A stretch of 64,000 bases of DNA from a bacterium (GTDB lineage Bacteria > UBA8248): NCBI GenBank assembly GCA_965204535.1, contig CBDBEV010000001.1, forward strand, positions 1,664,001 to 1,728,000. Reading direction: 5' to 3'. Positions 47,368 to 57,211 of the stretch are shown here, in pieces (within the stretch, counting starts at the first letter, position 1; each line of letters opens with the position of its first letter). The position numbers and the translations under genes were made by a program. Under the pieces are notes generated by a model, which was not told the origin of the DNA, did not search any database, and saw only the letters and a program-made list of their open reading frames with translations.

Positions 47368-48774
47368 ATGGCCATGCCACTTTCTAGCGCTGAAAAAAAA
47401 AGTGATCAGGCACGGCCTGTCGTTCAATTAACCCAAGAATGGGGAGATTGGAGCAGTGTTTCACTCTACCTCGATCGGTGCCGCGTAGATACACCCTTGC
47501 ATTTAATTGAGGCAATATGGGCACACGTTAAGAATCTTCGTAGAACTGTTGGGAAAGTCCTAGATTTTGGAGCAGGTGACGGGCGATTTTCCCGAGGCGG
47601 AGTTTACGGTGAATACATTGGGTATGAAATTGATGACTCACTCTGTCAGAATTCAATCTTGCCAGACAACGCGAAATTACTGAATCAATGTGCATTTTCT
47701 GATGAAATATCCGACGCAGATCTTTGTATTGGGAACCCTCCATATGTGAGAAATCAGGATCTTCCCACTGGATGGCGGCAATATGTTTCAGAGATACTAC
47801 AACGAAGATCTGGAGTTGCTGTTTCTGGTCTGGCTAATGCGTGGCAATATTTCTTTCTTCATGCTTTGACCTCGTTGAAAGATGATGGGCTATGTGTACT
47901 AGTAATTCCATATGAATGGGTATCACGTCCATCAGCCAAGGCCCTGCGGGACTATATCCATGAGCATGGCTGGAACGTAAAAGTCTATCGTTTGGTTGAT
48001 TCGAGTTTTGACAACGTTCTAACCACCTCTTCCATTACAATTGTCGACAAAGCCAAATCAGATGGAAAGTGGGAATATTACGAAGAAACTTCGGCTGGAC
48101 GCTCTATCCCAATAAAATCCCCAAGTGGCTCAAAAGCTGAGGTGTTAGATTATCTTTGTAAGAGGGACATTCCCCGAAACACCCCTTTGGCAAAAAGAGG
48201 TTTGAGTCCTGGAACGCAAAAAGTTCTTACCCTTACTGAGGGTGAGCGCGTAAGAAACGGACTCGTTATCGATCTGGATGTCGTGCCTTGTGTAACCAGT
48301 TTGAGAAACTTATCTGCGGATATCAAAGAACTTAGCGATGAAATCTTTCGACTCTATTATCGCGATCAGGGTCGGAAGTGTTGGTTAATTCGAACAGACA
48401 AAGAGGTGAGTCCCGCATTACGCCTTTACCTTGATGCAGTTCCCGAGTCGAACTATCAGACAGCGACATGTCTTGGGCGCGAAGAATGGTGGAAATTCAC
48501 CATGCCGTCTGTACCATCCATGCTGATTGCACAAAGCTTCAAGGGCAAATTCCCCAAAAGAGTATACAATCAGGTAAAAGCACGAGCAGTAGGTAGCGTG
48601 TGCGGAATCTATAATGTAAACAAGGGGCAAGCTCAGCGAATTGCTCACGGTTTGGGTATTTCCGATCTACGTAATCAAGTTGTTGCCCATGCTAACGGGT
48701 TTTATAAAATCGAAATCAACCAGTTAAACTTTCTGCTTCAACGGGAATTTGGAGCATTAGAGGCCTATGAATAA
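47368..48774 (+). CDS. Amino (probably N6-adenine) DNA methyltransferase, gamma class / Eco57I-like
   Basis: Motif I VLDFGAGDG before motif IV GNPPY; C-terminal TRD-like region; no nuclease domain seen. Confidence 0.88.
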   Translation: MAMPLSSAEKKSDQARPVVQLTQEWGDWSSVSLYLDRCRVDTPLHLIEAIWAHVKNLRRTVGKVLDFGAGDGRFSRGGVYGEYIGYEIDDSLCQNSILPDNAKLLNQCAFSDEISDADLCIGNPPYVRNQDLPTGWRQYVSEILQRRSGVAVSGLANAWQYFFLHALTSLKDDGLCVLVIPYEWVSRPSAKALRDYIHEHGWNVKVYRLVDSSFDNVLTTSSITIVDKAKSDGKWEYYEETSAGRSIPIKSPSGSKAEVLDYLCKRDIPRNTPLAKRGLSPGTQKVLTLTEGERVRNGLVIDLDVVPCVTSLRNLSADIKELSDEIFRLYYRDQGRKCWLIRTDKEVSPALRLYLDAVPESNYQTATCLGREEWWKFTMPSVPSMLIAQSFKGKFPKRVYNQVKARAVGSVCGIYNVNKGQAQRIAHGLGISDLRNQVVAHANGFYKIEINQLNFLLQREFGALEAYE

Positions 48775-51040
48775 TTCGTCATTGGCGACACAAAACCTGC
48801 TCGATAAGGGAACACTGTCATTCACGATTGAGAGCAGGATTCTCCGCGAACTCGGTGAACGCCTTGTCAAGCAGCCGGAAGTTGCTGTGGTTGAACTGGT
48901 CAAGAATTCCTATGACGCAGATGCATCAAAGTGCGTGGTGGCTTTCAACTCTCCAGAATCGGTCACTGTTTCAGATGACGGAATTGGAATGACGCTGGAC
49001 CGCTTTATCGAAGGTTGGATGCGGATCGGGACTTCTTCTAAAGAAGAATCAGTTGTTAGTGAAAAATTTGTCCGGCTTATAACAGGTGAAAAAGGTATCG
49101 GGCGCTTCGCGGTGCGTTTTCTTGGCCGGGAACTAAAATTAGAATCTATTGCTGACGATCCTGACAGAGGAGTTCGTACTCTGTTGACGGCCAATTTTGA
49201 TTGGCCGAACTTTGACCGAAATGAAGATCTTGGACAAGTGCAGGTTCCCTATGAACTCGTTAAGGTAGAAAAGACTACTGGGACTGGGACTAAATTAGAG
49301 ATAACTCGTCTTCGGTCGGTAACAAATCGGCTTAATCTGAATACAATTCGAACAGGCTCAATCGGTATTTTGTCCCCACTACGTTCCCTTTTCCGAGAAA
49401 TGTCAGCTGGCGCTAACGTTAAAATCCGAGATAGGTTTTCTGATCCAGGTTTTACGTTGGAGCTAAAGACTGAAGATTCTTCTGATGAGATTGACGACGT
49501 TGCGTCCCAAATTCTCAATTCGTTCGTTTTGCGTGCATGGTTGAGTGTAAACAAAAATAAAATTAATCTAAGAATTTATTGTCGCAACTCGAAAAAGCCA
49601 TATCTTGAAATTACAGACTCTTATCCAAATGAAATTGGAAAGCTTAACGCGGATATACGATTTTTCCCCCGCCGCGCGGGAACATTCACAAACATGCCTC
49701 TTGATGGGCGACGCGCGCAACGTTGGATAACCAATAATCATGGTGTTGCTGTTTTCGATCGGAATTTCCGTGTCCCGCCTTATGGATACCGAGGAAACGA
49801 TTGGTTACAACTTCAGGCAGATGCTGCCCGCAACCGCCGAGACCCACGGTCCGAGTTGGCTAAAAAGCACTTTCAAATGACACAACCCGTTAAGTCCGAT
49901 ACTTCACTAAATTGGATGTTGCGGCTTCCGCAGTCACTCCAACTCGTGGGGCTTGTGCAAGTCCAAGCTCATCGAAGCAAGGTATCTGATACTCAACAGG
50001 ATGAAATGAGATTGATTGCGTCAGCCGATCGCCAAGGGTTCGTTGAAAATACTGCATTTGAACAGCTTCAAGATCTTGTCCGTGGGGCCGTAGAGGCAAT
50101 CGCGTTCGTTGACCGTCAACTGCAAATAAAAGAAGAAGAAGCAGAACATCGGGCACAAGTAGCGGCGATCCAAGAGCAAACAAAAGCAGCAATCTCGGAA
50201 TTGGAAGCCAACCCTGGTATATCTGCTCGAGCTAAAGCACAACTCATTGGTGTTTTAGCTGAAACACAGCGCATGGTAGAAAAGCAAGAGGAGAGTTCCA
50301 AGGAGCGTGAACAACAATTGGAAGTCATGAGTCTCCTAGGTGTTGTTGCCGGGTTTATGACCCATGAATTCGACGCTGCATTAAAGAAGCTAGAACAAAC
50401 TCACAAAGAATTACTCAAGATAGCTAATACAACTCCGAAGTTTGGGGAAGCAGCCAATCAGTTTTCTCTTCGGATTAAGCAGTTGAAAGAGTTTGTGACT
50501 TACTCAAAGGGCTATATCCAAGGTGCTCGTGTAGCACCTGCAAAACCATATCCAGTAAGACCTCGGCTTCGCCAAGTTCAGCGAGTTTTCGGAAAGTACG
50601 CAGAGGATCGCAACATCCAAGTTCAAATCATGGCAGACGCTGAGTTGATAGCACCGCCAGTACCGGTTTCGCTTTACAATGGTCTTGCACTTAATCTCTA
50701 TACGAACGCCTTGAAGGCCGTCACGGCTAAGTTAGGAAGACGGCAAGGAAAAATTGCATTCCGTGCTTGGAACGATGGTCGGTGGCACTATCTTGAAGTA
50801 TCAGACACGGGGATCGGCATACCATCTGCATTACGGGAGAGAGTATTCGACCCACTTTTTACCACAACCGATTCTCGTAATGACCCAATGGGTTCCGGAA
50901 TGGGACTCGGTTTAGCTCTCGTGAAGCGCGGCGCTGAGGCATTCGGCGGAAATGCCAGTGTGGTCGACCCTCCAGGAGAATTTTCAACTTGTGTTCGTGT
51001 TCGCTTGCCTTTAGCTACGAAAGAGACCCAGCATGAATAA
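48767..51040 (+). CDS. MORC-like GHKL ATPase fused to a histidine kinase
   Basis: N-terminal ELVKNSYDADA, DDGIGM, GEKGIGRFA; C-terminal H-box MTHEF, N-box NLYTNA, DTGIG, FDPLFTT, GMGLGL; no TM helices. Confidence 0.92.
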   Translation: MNNSSLATQNLLDKGTLSFTIESRILRELGERLVKQPEVAVVELVKNSYDADASKCVVAFNSPESVTVSDDGIGMTLDRFIEGWMRIGTSSKEESVVSEKFVRLITGEKGIGRFAVRFLGRELKLESIADDPDRGVRTLLTANFDWPNFDRNEDLGQVQVPYELVKVEKTTGTGTKLEITRLRSVTNRLNLNTIRTGSIGILSPLRSLFREMSAGANVKIRDRFSDPGFTLELKTEDSSDEIDDVASQILNSFVLRAWLSVNKNKINLRIYCRNSKKPYLEITDSYPNEIGKLNADIRFFPRRAGTFTNMPLDGRRAQRWITNNHGVAVFDRNFRVPPYGYRGNDWLQLQADAARNRRDPRSELAKKHFQMTQPVKSDTSLNWMLRLPQSLQLVGLVQVQAHRSKVSDTQQDEMRLIASADRQGFVENTAFEQLQDLVRGAVEAIAFVDRQLQIKEEEAEHRAQVAAIQEQTKAAISELEANPGISARAKAQLIGVLAETQRMVEKQEESSKEREQQLEVMSLLGVVAGFMTHEFDAALKKLEQTHKELLKIANTTPKFGEAANQFSLRIKQLKEFVTYSKGYIQGARVAPAKPYPVRPRLRQVQRVFGKYAEDRNIQVQIMADAELIAPPVPVSLYNGLALNLYTNALKAVTAKLGRRQGKIAFRAWNDGRWHYLEVSDTGIGIPSALRERVFDPLFTTTDSRNDPMGSGMGLGLALVKRGAEAFGGNASVVDPPGEFSTCVRVRLPLATKETQHE

Positions 51041-52136
51041 GGTCAAATCGGCGATTTTGGTAATCGACGATGATGAAAAGAGTCTCAAAGGGCTCTCTGC
51101 TCTTTTGAAAAATCTGCTCCCAGATGTTGTTGTTAATTCATGGCAACCAACAGAAAAAGATGCTTCGCCAGCGGAGGCTTTTGAAAAACACCTCGGTAAT
51201 AATACGGAACTAGTTGTTACAGACTACGACTTGACGACAACCGTGAAGGGTCTATTTGGCTTGAGCGTTGTAGGGTGGTGTCAACATCGGACAATCCCCG
51301 TCGGTGAATTTGCGCGGATTAATGTTGACGCACTCCCGAAGGAACCCAGCCTTTTTGAGCTTCGGGTTCCCACGGATGAAGAAGAGGCTGCAAAATTTAT
51401 AGCGAACACATTCGAAGGTTTTAGAGAAGTTCGAACAAGCATTGAGCGCAACCCTACGTTAATTTCTGAAGGTCGAAGCTTATCAGCCGTGTTATCAGTG
51501 TTGCTGGAACGTCCTCATTTGGAAAGTCAATTCGCAGCATATATGTCTCGGCTTGGTTCGACAAACTCCGCGCTCCTCGAAATTCTTAAAAGTTTTGCCA
51601 ACAGGAAAGATAAGCAAAATGACGACGAAAAGCTTAAACTCTTAACTTACGTGTTGGGACATGTCTTGGTGAATTCTGTGTTGAAATATCCAGGACCTAT
51701 TCTGTCCGAAGAAGTCCTGTGCGCTTACCTTACGACCGAGGGAGAAGCAATCGATGCAGTGAAAAATTGCTTCGAGGAGGCTAGGTATAAGGGGCCGTTT
51801 GGTCAGGTAGGCCATTTATACTGGCGAGATGAAGTAGATGTTATTCTAGATGACTTGGCAACAACAATTGAAAATATTGATGAAGAAGTCTTCGATTCCT
51901 TCGGTGAATATAACCGCTACATTATAGAAAGTGCCTTGAAAATTGATCTTCCACCACATCAATGTGATCGATGCAAAGGTAGAAAAGGCGGATTCTGGTG
52001 TCCTTTCACAAAACGTCCCATCTGTGAACGCGCCGACTGTTCAGTACCTGCGAGTAGTTGGATTCCTTCAGGAGCGCAACTCTGTCGAGTAGAACGAGAT
52101 TATTACGACGAGTGGGCACCTCTTCTTGGTTTGTAG
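51033..52136 (+). CDS. Receiver-domain protein with a Cys-rich C-terminus
   Basis: ILVIDDDE, VVTDYDL (phosphoacceptor Asp); CDRC...WCPF...C...C tail; 8-bp overlap with the kinase. Confidence 0.8.
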   Translation: MNKVKSAILVIDDDEKSLKGLSALLKNLLPDVVVNSWQPTEKDASPAEAFEKHLGNNTELVVTDYDLTTTVKGLFGLSVVGWCQHRTIPVGEFARINVDALPKEPSLFELRVPTDEEEAAKFIANTFEGFREVRTSIERNPTLISEGRSLSAVLSVLLERPHLESQFAAYMSRLGSTNSALLEILKSFANRKDKQNDDEKLKLLTYVLGHVLVNSVLKYPGPILSEEVLCAYLTTEGEAIDAVKNCFEEARYKGPFGQVGHLYWRDEVDVILDDLATTIENIDEEVFDSFGEYNRYIIESALKIDLPPHQCDRCKGRKGGFWCPFTKRPICERADCSVPASSWIPSGAQLCRVERDYYDEWAPLLGL

Positions 52137-52152
52137 CGTCCGGACCATTCTC

Positions 52153-52884
52153 ATGAATCAACACGCTTTTCGAGTAGAGCAAAAGGTTCATTCCGCTTGG
52201 AATGGAGTTCTCGACGGTCTAAAGCAGATGAATCAGGCGAGTACAGTGCGTCCAGAAGTTCCTTCGATGGTATTCAAGGTTGACCAATGTGCGCCTGATG
52301 ACGTTGTTAAACTGTTGGTTGGTCCAGTCGTATTTAACATTCCTGAACGCGCGAATGGCCAAGCAGCAAATCTTTTTATTGTGATAAAAGGGTGGTTGAC
52401 TTTTGAGGGGCCAGATTTTGGAAACACACCGTTCAAGACGGGGAATTTTGGAACAAATGTGGCATATTTTCGATTAAAGGATAGTCGACTCGAACATGTT
52501 TTTGGCGCGCATTATGATATGGACGAAATGAGAAATGGGCACCCAGTATTTCACGCACAGTTTAGCTCCCAAATTAATATTGGCTCAAGCATAAAAGAGC
52601 TCTTCAATCGCAGTGATGAGTTGGTTGATCATTTAGAAAAAATTCTTAACAGAGTCCGAACACCTACTGCGCAGATGGACGTATTCTCAGTCTTTACACA
52701 GATATGCGCGGATCATCTGATGTGGGAACAGTCGGCGCCGGAGGTGCAACGCGCTTTTGAACAAACACGCAGTTCATGCAACTTTATCGTTGGTGCTGCT
52801 CATCGCTTAGCATACCTTAATAGCAAGCCCGCTATTGGATGTTATCGATCAACTCACTGGTATGGGCCCAATGTTAAAGTTTGA
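52153..52884 (+). CDS. Hypothetical protein, last gene of the operon
   Basis: 243 aa, 16 bp after the receiver gene; HYD...HPVFHAQ motif. Confidence 0.7.
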   Translation: MNQHAFRVEQKVHSAWNGVLDGLKQMNQASTVRPEVPSMVFKVDQCAPDDVVKLLVGPVVFNIPERANGQAANLFIVIKGWLTFEGPDFGNTPFKTGNFGTNVAYFRLKDSRLEHVFGAHYDMDEMRNGHPVFHAQFSSQINIGSSIKELFNRSDELVDHLEKILNRVRTPTAQMDVFSVFTQICADHLMWEQSAPEVQRAFEQTRSSCNFIVGAAHRLAYLNSKPAIGCYRSTHWYGPNVKV

Positions 52885-53300
52885 TGAAAGCGATATTTCG
52901 AATCGCAGAAATACGCACCTCATTGAATAAAATGCACACTCCTATGCACATAGAGAAAAATTCGAATAAAGCCATGCCATCATATAGGCGTAATACAATT
53001 TAGACTAGGTAGCCATCAAAGCTAGGAAGGTTGTGTATGGGCCTACCAAAGCTCCATTCTTCTTTATTGGATTTGGCTACGCATCCAGCCGATTATCATC
53101 TCAGCTATCGGATAGCTCGTGCTGAGAGCGAAGATGCCATCCATATCAAAGGTGTGGTCACGAGCGTGATGACATCGTGAGTTGTGTCAGCACTCGTATG
53201 TGGGTCAAGAGTTATTCAACCATCGACAGATCTTTCTCGAGAAATATGTATAGGTGCAAACGAATACAAAAGTGACGAACTCTCATATCTTTCAATCTTA

Positions 53301-53855
53301 TTATTTGTTTCTAAGCAACAATTTCGATAACACGGCCACCTGACTATTTTCATAACTTTCCTTTGATATTTCCTCCAGTTTTTTCTCTAACCATTCGTTG
53401 TCCAATAGTATCCAACCATTATTATTGAAGTGCTCGCGAAGTTTCTTCCCATCCGAAGCCCTCACGATTTTTCCACATGCAAGAGCAAGTTTGATTGTGG
53501 TTTTAGTCTTGCTTGCGATGAGCCCTTTGTCATACATTTGGTGGCGCAGTCGCTCGAAAACAACGCGCCTCAAATTCTCATCGTTGAACAATTTGTAACG
53601 TTCCGCCGCCTTTGGATTGCTGCCATCGAACGCCTTGTAAGCAACACCTCCTGAATCCAGAAAACTTTTGCACTCAACAACAAGGAGTTCGTTCCGGTTC
53701 GCACTGTATCCAACCAGGTCAAGTTCCCATCTCGGACTCGATGGTCGACCTATTGCTCTTTTCTCCCCCTTGGTCAGTTCAACCTTGAAAGCGCTTCGGA
53801 TCCAGTACCCATCCCGATGCAAGATTTCACCGACCACGCTCTCAAAGGCATCCAT
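53301..53855 (-). CDS. Small PD-(D/E)XK nuclease-like protein
   Basis: FE...WELDLVGY...LLVVECKS. Confidence 0.75.
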   Translation of the reverse strand: MDAFESVVGEILHRDGYWIRSAFKVELTKGEKRAIGRPSSPRWELDLVGYSANRNELLVVECKSFLDSGGVAYKAFDGSNPKAAERYKLFNDENLRRVVFERLRHQMYDKGLIASKTKTTIKLALACGKIVRASDGKKLREHFNNNGWILLDNEWLEKKLEEISKESYENSQVAVLSKLLLRNK

Positions 53856-53930
53856 AGCGGTTCTTTATAATAAATGATTCGAAAGTCATCTCAGTTGAGA
53901 CACCACCCTACCAAGTAGAAGCTCTCCCGC

Positions 53931-56900
53931 TCACTTGATCTCCTTCTCGATAAACCCGAGCGTGATGGCGTTCTCGGTTAGGGTGCGGACTTTCCCTTGA
54001 TCAAGGCCCTCGGGAACCTCGGCGTCGATTTCAAGCTTGATGGACACCTCACTGCCGGGAAGGGTAGTGAGTTGTTCAACAACGCCTTCAATAACTTGGT
54101 GGATGTCACGGGCAGGACGCTCAGGAGAGATCATCACCGTGCCGACAAAGCGCGTCGGCTTTTTCTCGTCCGGATCAGGCGGAACGGGTTTGTTGATATC
54201 TGGATCTGGGGGGAGTTTCTTCTCTCGACGTTTCTCAGGCGGTTCGGGGCGATTCGCCTCCGCGACCTTCGAGGCCACGATCAGGCTCTCGCTGTCGATG
54301 ACGACCTGCACATTTACAGCACTGTCTATAGCGAGACCCCGATAAGCGCCGGCAGCATCGTCCCAACCCTCGGCATAGGCGAAGGGTCCTGGATGCAATT
54401 CGCTGATGGCAGAGGTGATGGACCTGGCGAGCACCGAGCGGTTTTTCAGCCGTGGCAGGTAGGTGTAGCGATTGCAGTATTCCCATAGGTCTTTCAGGGA
54501 AAGGTGGTCCTTGTCTTTCCAGATATATTTTTGAAGCTCGTTATCGAGACGCTGCGGGCCGATTTCGATCAAGAGTGCCTCTTCGTCCACCAGACGCTTG
54601 CTCGCCCGCCTGAGCAGACCGTCTTGAACCGATATCTTTCCCGATACCCATTCGACCTCGGCCTCGGGGCTCTCTTGCGCCGGATAGAGGAGGTAGCACC
54701 AGGCCTCTTTGAGCCGCGCGCCCAGCGCCTCTTTCGCTTCCTTGAGTTTCTCTTTCGCAAGCGCGCTGTCGCTCTGGGTGAGATTGAGCCGCTCGGTTTC
54801 GCGTACGATGCTCTCCCAGGCGAGGACGTCGCGCATGCCGTCCTTGAGAATTCCAATCTGACGCGCTTCGGCAGCGAGAAACACCAGCATGTTGCGGTTG
54901 ACGCGGGGCGTAGAACCGCGATTCAGCAGAATTTCCCCGCCGAACTCCAAGGCTTCCGATTTCTCGCGACCGTTGTGCGGATGAGTCACGCCGAGCACCA
55001 CCGCGCGCACCCCGCCCGCTTCATCGGGCACGTCCCCTGAATTTCCCGGCGCTACCTGAACGGCGTCGAAGTGCTCCCGATCTCTTTGGCTGTTGATGTA
55101 GACCGCCAGCGCCTTATCGATCTCGACGAGGACAAGTGCCTCCTCAACCTGACCCGCCCGGTCTGCGGCCAACCGGTTGAGGCTGGCCGAAACCGAATAC
55201 CAGTAGCGTCCGAGATCGGTGTGGAGGAACCGCGCATGGTTGCCGAGCCGCCGCAGCGCATCGCTGAAGAGCGCCGGACGCTCACCCGGCTGGATAACAC
55301 CCAGGTTAATCTGCTTATCGTCCAATCCCTTGTTTTCCTGGCTGTGAACAGGAGCCGTGCCCATGAAGATCGCCCGCGCAACCCGGCGTGTTGCTGAATA
55401 GCGGTTCAGGTTGGGTGTTGATTGGTCGATCTTGTAAGGAATGGAACCACCGCCTTCTACATCGCCAGCGATAATCGCTTGCCAATTCACGTCGAGGTAG
55501 CGCAGCAGTTCCGGTCCTACCCGGTCTGAGTCGACCGCAATGTTTCCCGGCATGATCATTACCGAAGGATCGCCCTTCATCCACAACTCGTGTACAGCTT
55601 GCGCCATCAGACGCAGCACGCCACGAGTGCGCTGGAACTCCTCCAGCGAGCCCCAACTCGTATATAATTGGTCGAAGAGTTCCGGGTGGATGGGGTAGGC
55701 CTTCTCCATCTTGCGGCGGTAGTCCTCATCGGCCGAGCCGCGCGGGAACTCGTTCGCGTTGTCTCGGTAGAGTCTGGCGAATTGCTTGAGCGTGTTGTCG
55801 CGATGGTGGTATCTGTCGCCGGGTATCTCCCTGAATAGGCGTCGACGGACTATCTCGTAGCTTTCTTCCTGGGATGCTGGCCGCCAGGAGGATTCGATGC
55901 GCGAGAAGGTCTGCTTTAGCCGGTCCAAAGCCTCGGCACCGCCTTCGCCTCCCACCTCGATCTGTGAAGCAGGCAGAGCCGCCACGAGCACGGTCTGAGG
56001 GCTGGCCTTGACCGCCTCGGTAAGAGACTGAACGAAGCTCAGATTGGCGTCGAACGAGCCGGCCGGGAGTCCTTCCGTCCTGTAAATCTGACGGAGATAA
56101 GCTACCCATTCGTCGATCAGGATGAGGCAGGGGGCGCAGTCCCTGAAAATGGCCTCAAGAATATCTGAGCCGGGCGCGATCCCCTTGGCGTCGTTTTCGG
56201 CTATCGCATCGAAGGCCGCAGACCCGCCCAATTGCCAGGCCATCTCGCCCCAGGTCGTGCGGATTTCCCTTCCGCCCTCACAAGAAATCGTATCCTGTGG
56301 GCCACGGGAGGTGCCGACCATCACCGCGCGTTTGATTTCCTTCGGCAAGGATACATCATGCTCCGAGAGAAGCTGGTCGAGGCCCGGCAGGTCCTGCGCG
56401 GGCGTGTCTCCCGCCATGTGGTAGAGCGCCAACATGGAGTGGGTCTTGCCGCCGCCGAAGTTGGTCTGAAGCTCCATCACGGGGTCACCGCCTGCTCCTG
56501 ATAGCCTTTTGGCTGCACTCACCAGAAGCGTTGACAGGCCGTCAGTCAAATATGTTCGGCTGAAAAACTCTTGCGGGTTCAGGTATTCAGAAGGGGCGCT
56601 GCCGGCGTGAACATTGCCCAAATGAGCAGCGAATTCCGCTTGTTGGAACTCGCCCGTGGCAACATCCTCGTGCGGTTCGACCACCTCGCGCCAGGGCCGC
56701 AGGCCGCCCGCCGCCTCGATGGAGAGTTGCTGCCCCTTCGTCTTTCGGCGTTCTTCGTTCCGCCGAAGCTCCGCAAACTTTGTGCGCAATATCGTATCCC
56801 GCATTTTGCCGAGTTGCCCGGCGGCATCGCCTGCACCGATCGCCTCCGTCAGGCGGCGCATGGAATCGAGCGCGCGCTCGGCATCGTCGTAGCTGAAAGT

Positions 56901-57197
56901 CTCGTTGTGAGAGAACCTGTTTCGCACGTCGAGCAGTTCGTTGACGATTGCGCGCTCCGCCCGCCCCAGCACAGCGCCGAAGGCATCTCCCCAGTAGCGG
57001 TTCATGGCGTGGAGCAACCCTGCCTGATCCCAGGCGATGTTGTCGCTGCTATCAGTTCGAAGGCGGAATTTTTCGACCATCTCCACCTGCCAATGGCCGG
57101 TAAGAGCGTTTTCCAGACGTTTTTCGACAAAAGGCGCCAGCGCCTCGGGCAGGACTTCCATACCTTCAAAAACGATTTGGCGCGCGCTCTTGGCCAT
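53931..57197 (-). CDS. Swt1-HEPN fused DUF499 AAA+ ATPase
   Basis: N-terminal RNRFSH (R-x4-H); PWREVVEPH, EFAA, TNFGGGKTHS, LILIDEW, YPIHPE, FQRTRGVLRL. Confidence 0.92.
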   Translation of the reverse strand: MAKSARQIVFEGMEVLPEALAPFVEKRLENALTGHWQVEMVEKFRLRTDSSDNIAWDQAGLLHAMNRYWGDAFGAVLGRAERAIVNELLDVRNRFSHNETFSYDDAERALDSMRRLTEAIGAGDAAGQLGKMRDTILRTKFAELRRNEERRKTKGQQLSIEAAGGLRPWREVVEPHEDVATGEFQQAEFAAHLGNVHAGSAPSEYLNPQEFFSRTYLTDGLSTLLVSAAKRLSGAGGDPVMELQTNFGGGKTHSMLALYHMAGDTPAQDLPGLDQLLSEHDVSLPKEIKRAVMVGTSRGPQDTISCEGGREIRTTWGEMAWQLGGSAAFDAIAENDAKGIAPGSDILEAIFRDCAPCLILIDEWVAYLRQIYRTEGLPAGSFDANLSFVQSLTEAVKASPQTVLVAALPASQIEVGGEGGAEALDRLKQTFSRIESSWRPASQEESYEIVRRRLFREIPGDRYHHRDNTLKQFARLYRDNANEFPRGSADEDYRRKMEKAYPIHPELFDQLYTSWGSLEEFQRTRGVLRLMAQAVHELWMKGDPSVMIMPGNIAVDSDRVGPELLRYLDVNWQAIIAGDVEGGGSIPYKIDQSTPNLNRYSATRRVARAIFMGTAPVHSQENKGLDDKQINLGVIQPGERPALFSDALRRLGNHARFLHTDLGRYWYSVSASLNRLAADRAGQVEEALVLVEIDKALAVYINSQRDREHFDAVQVAPGNSGDVPDEAGGVRAVVLGVTHPHNGREKSEALEFGGEILLNRGSTPRVNRNMLVFLAAEARQIGILKDGMRDVLAWESIVRETERLNLTQSDSALAKEKLKEAKEALGARLKEAWCYLLYPAQESPEAEVEWVSGKISVQDGLLRRASKRLVDEEALLIEIGPQRLDNELQKYIWKDKDHLSLKDLWEYCNRYTYLPRLKNRSVLARSITSAISELHPGPFAYAEGWDDAAGAYRGLAIDSAVNVQVVIDSESLIVASKVAEANRPEPPEKRREKKLPPDPDINKPVPPDPDEKKPTRFVGTVMISPERPARDIHQVIEGVVEQLTTLPGSEVSIKLEIDAEVPEGLDQGKVRTLTENAITLGFIEKEIK

Positions 57198-57211
57198 CCT
57201 CTACTCCTCCT

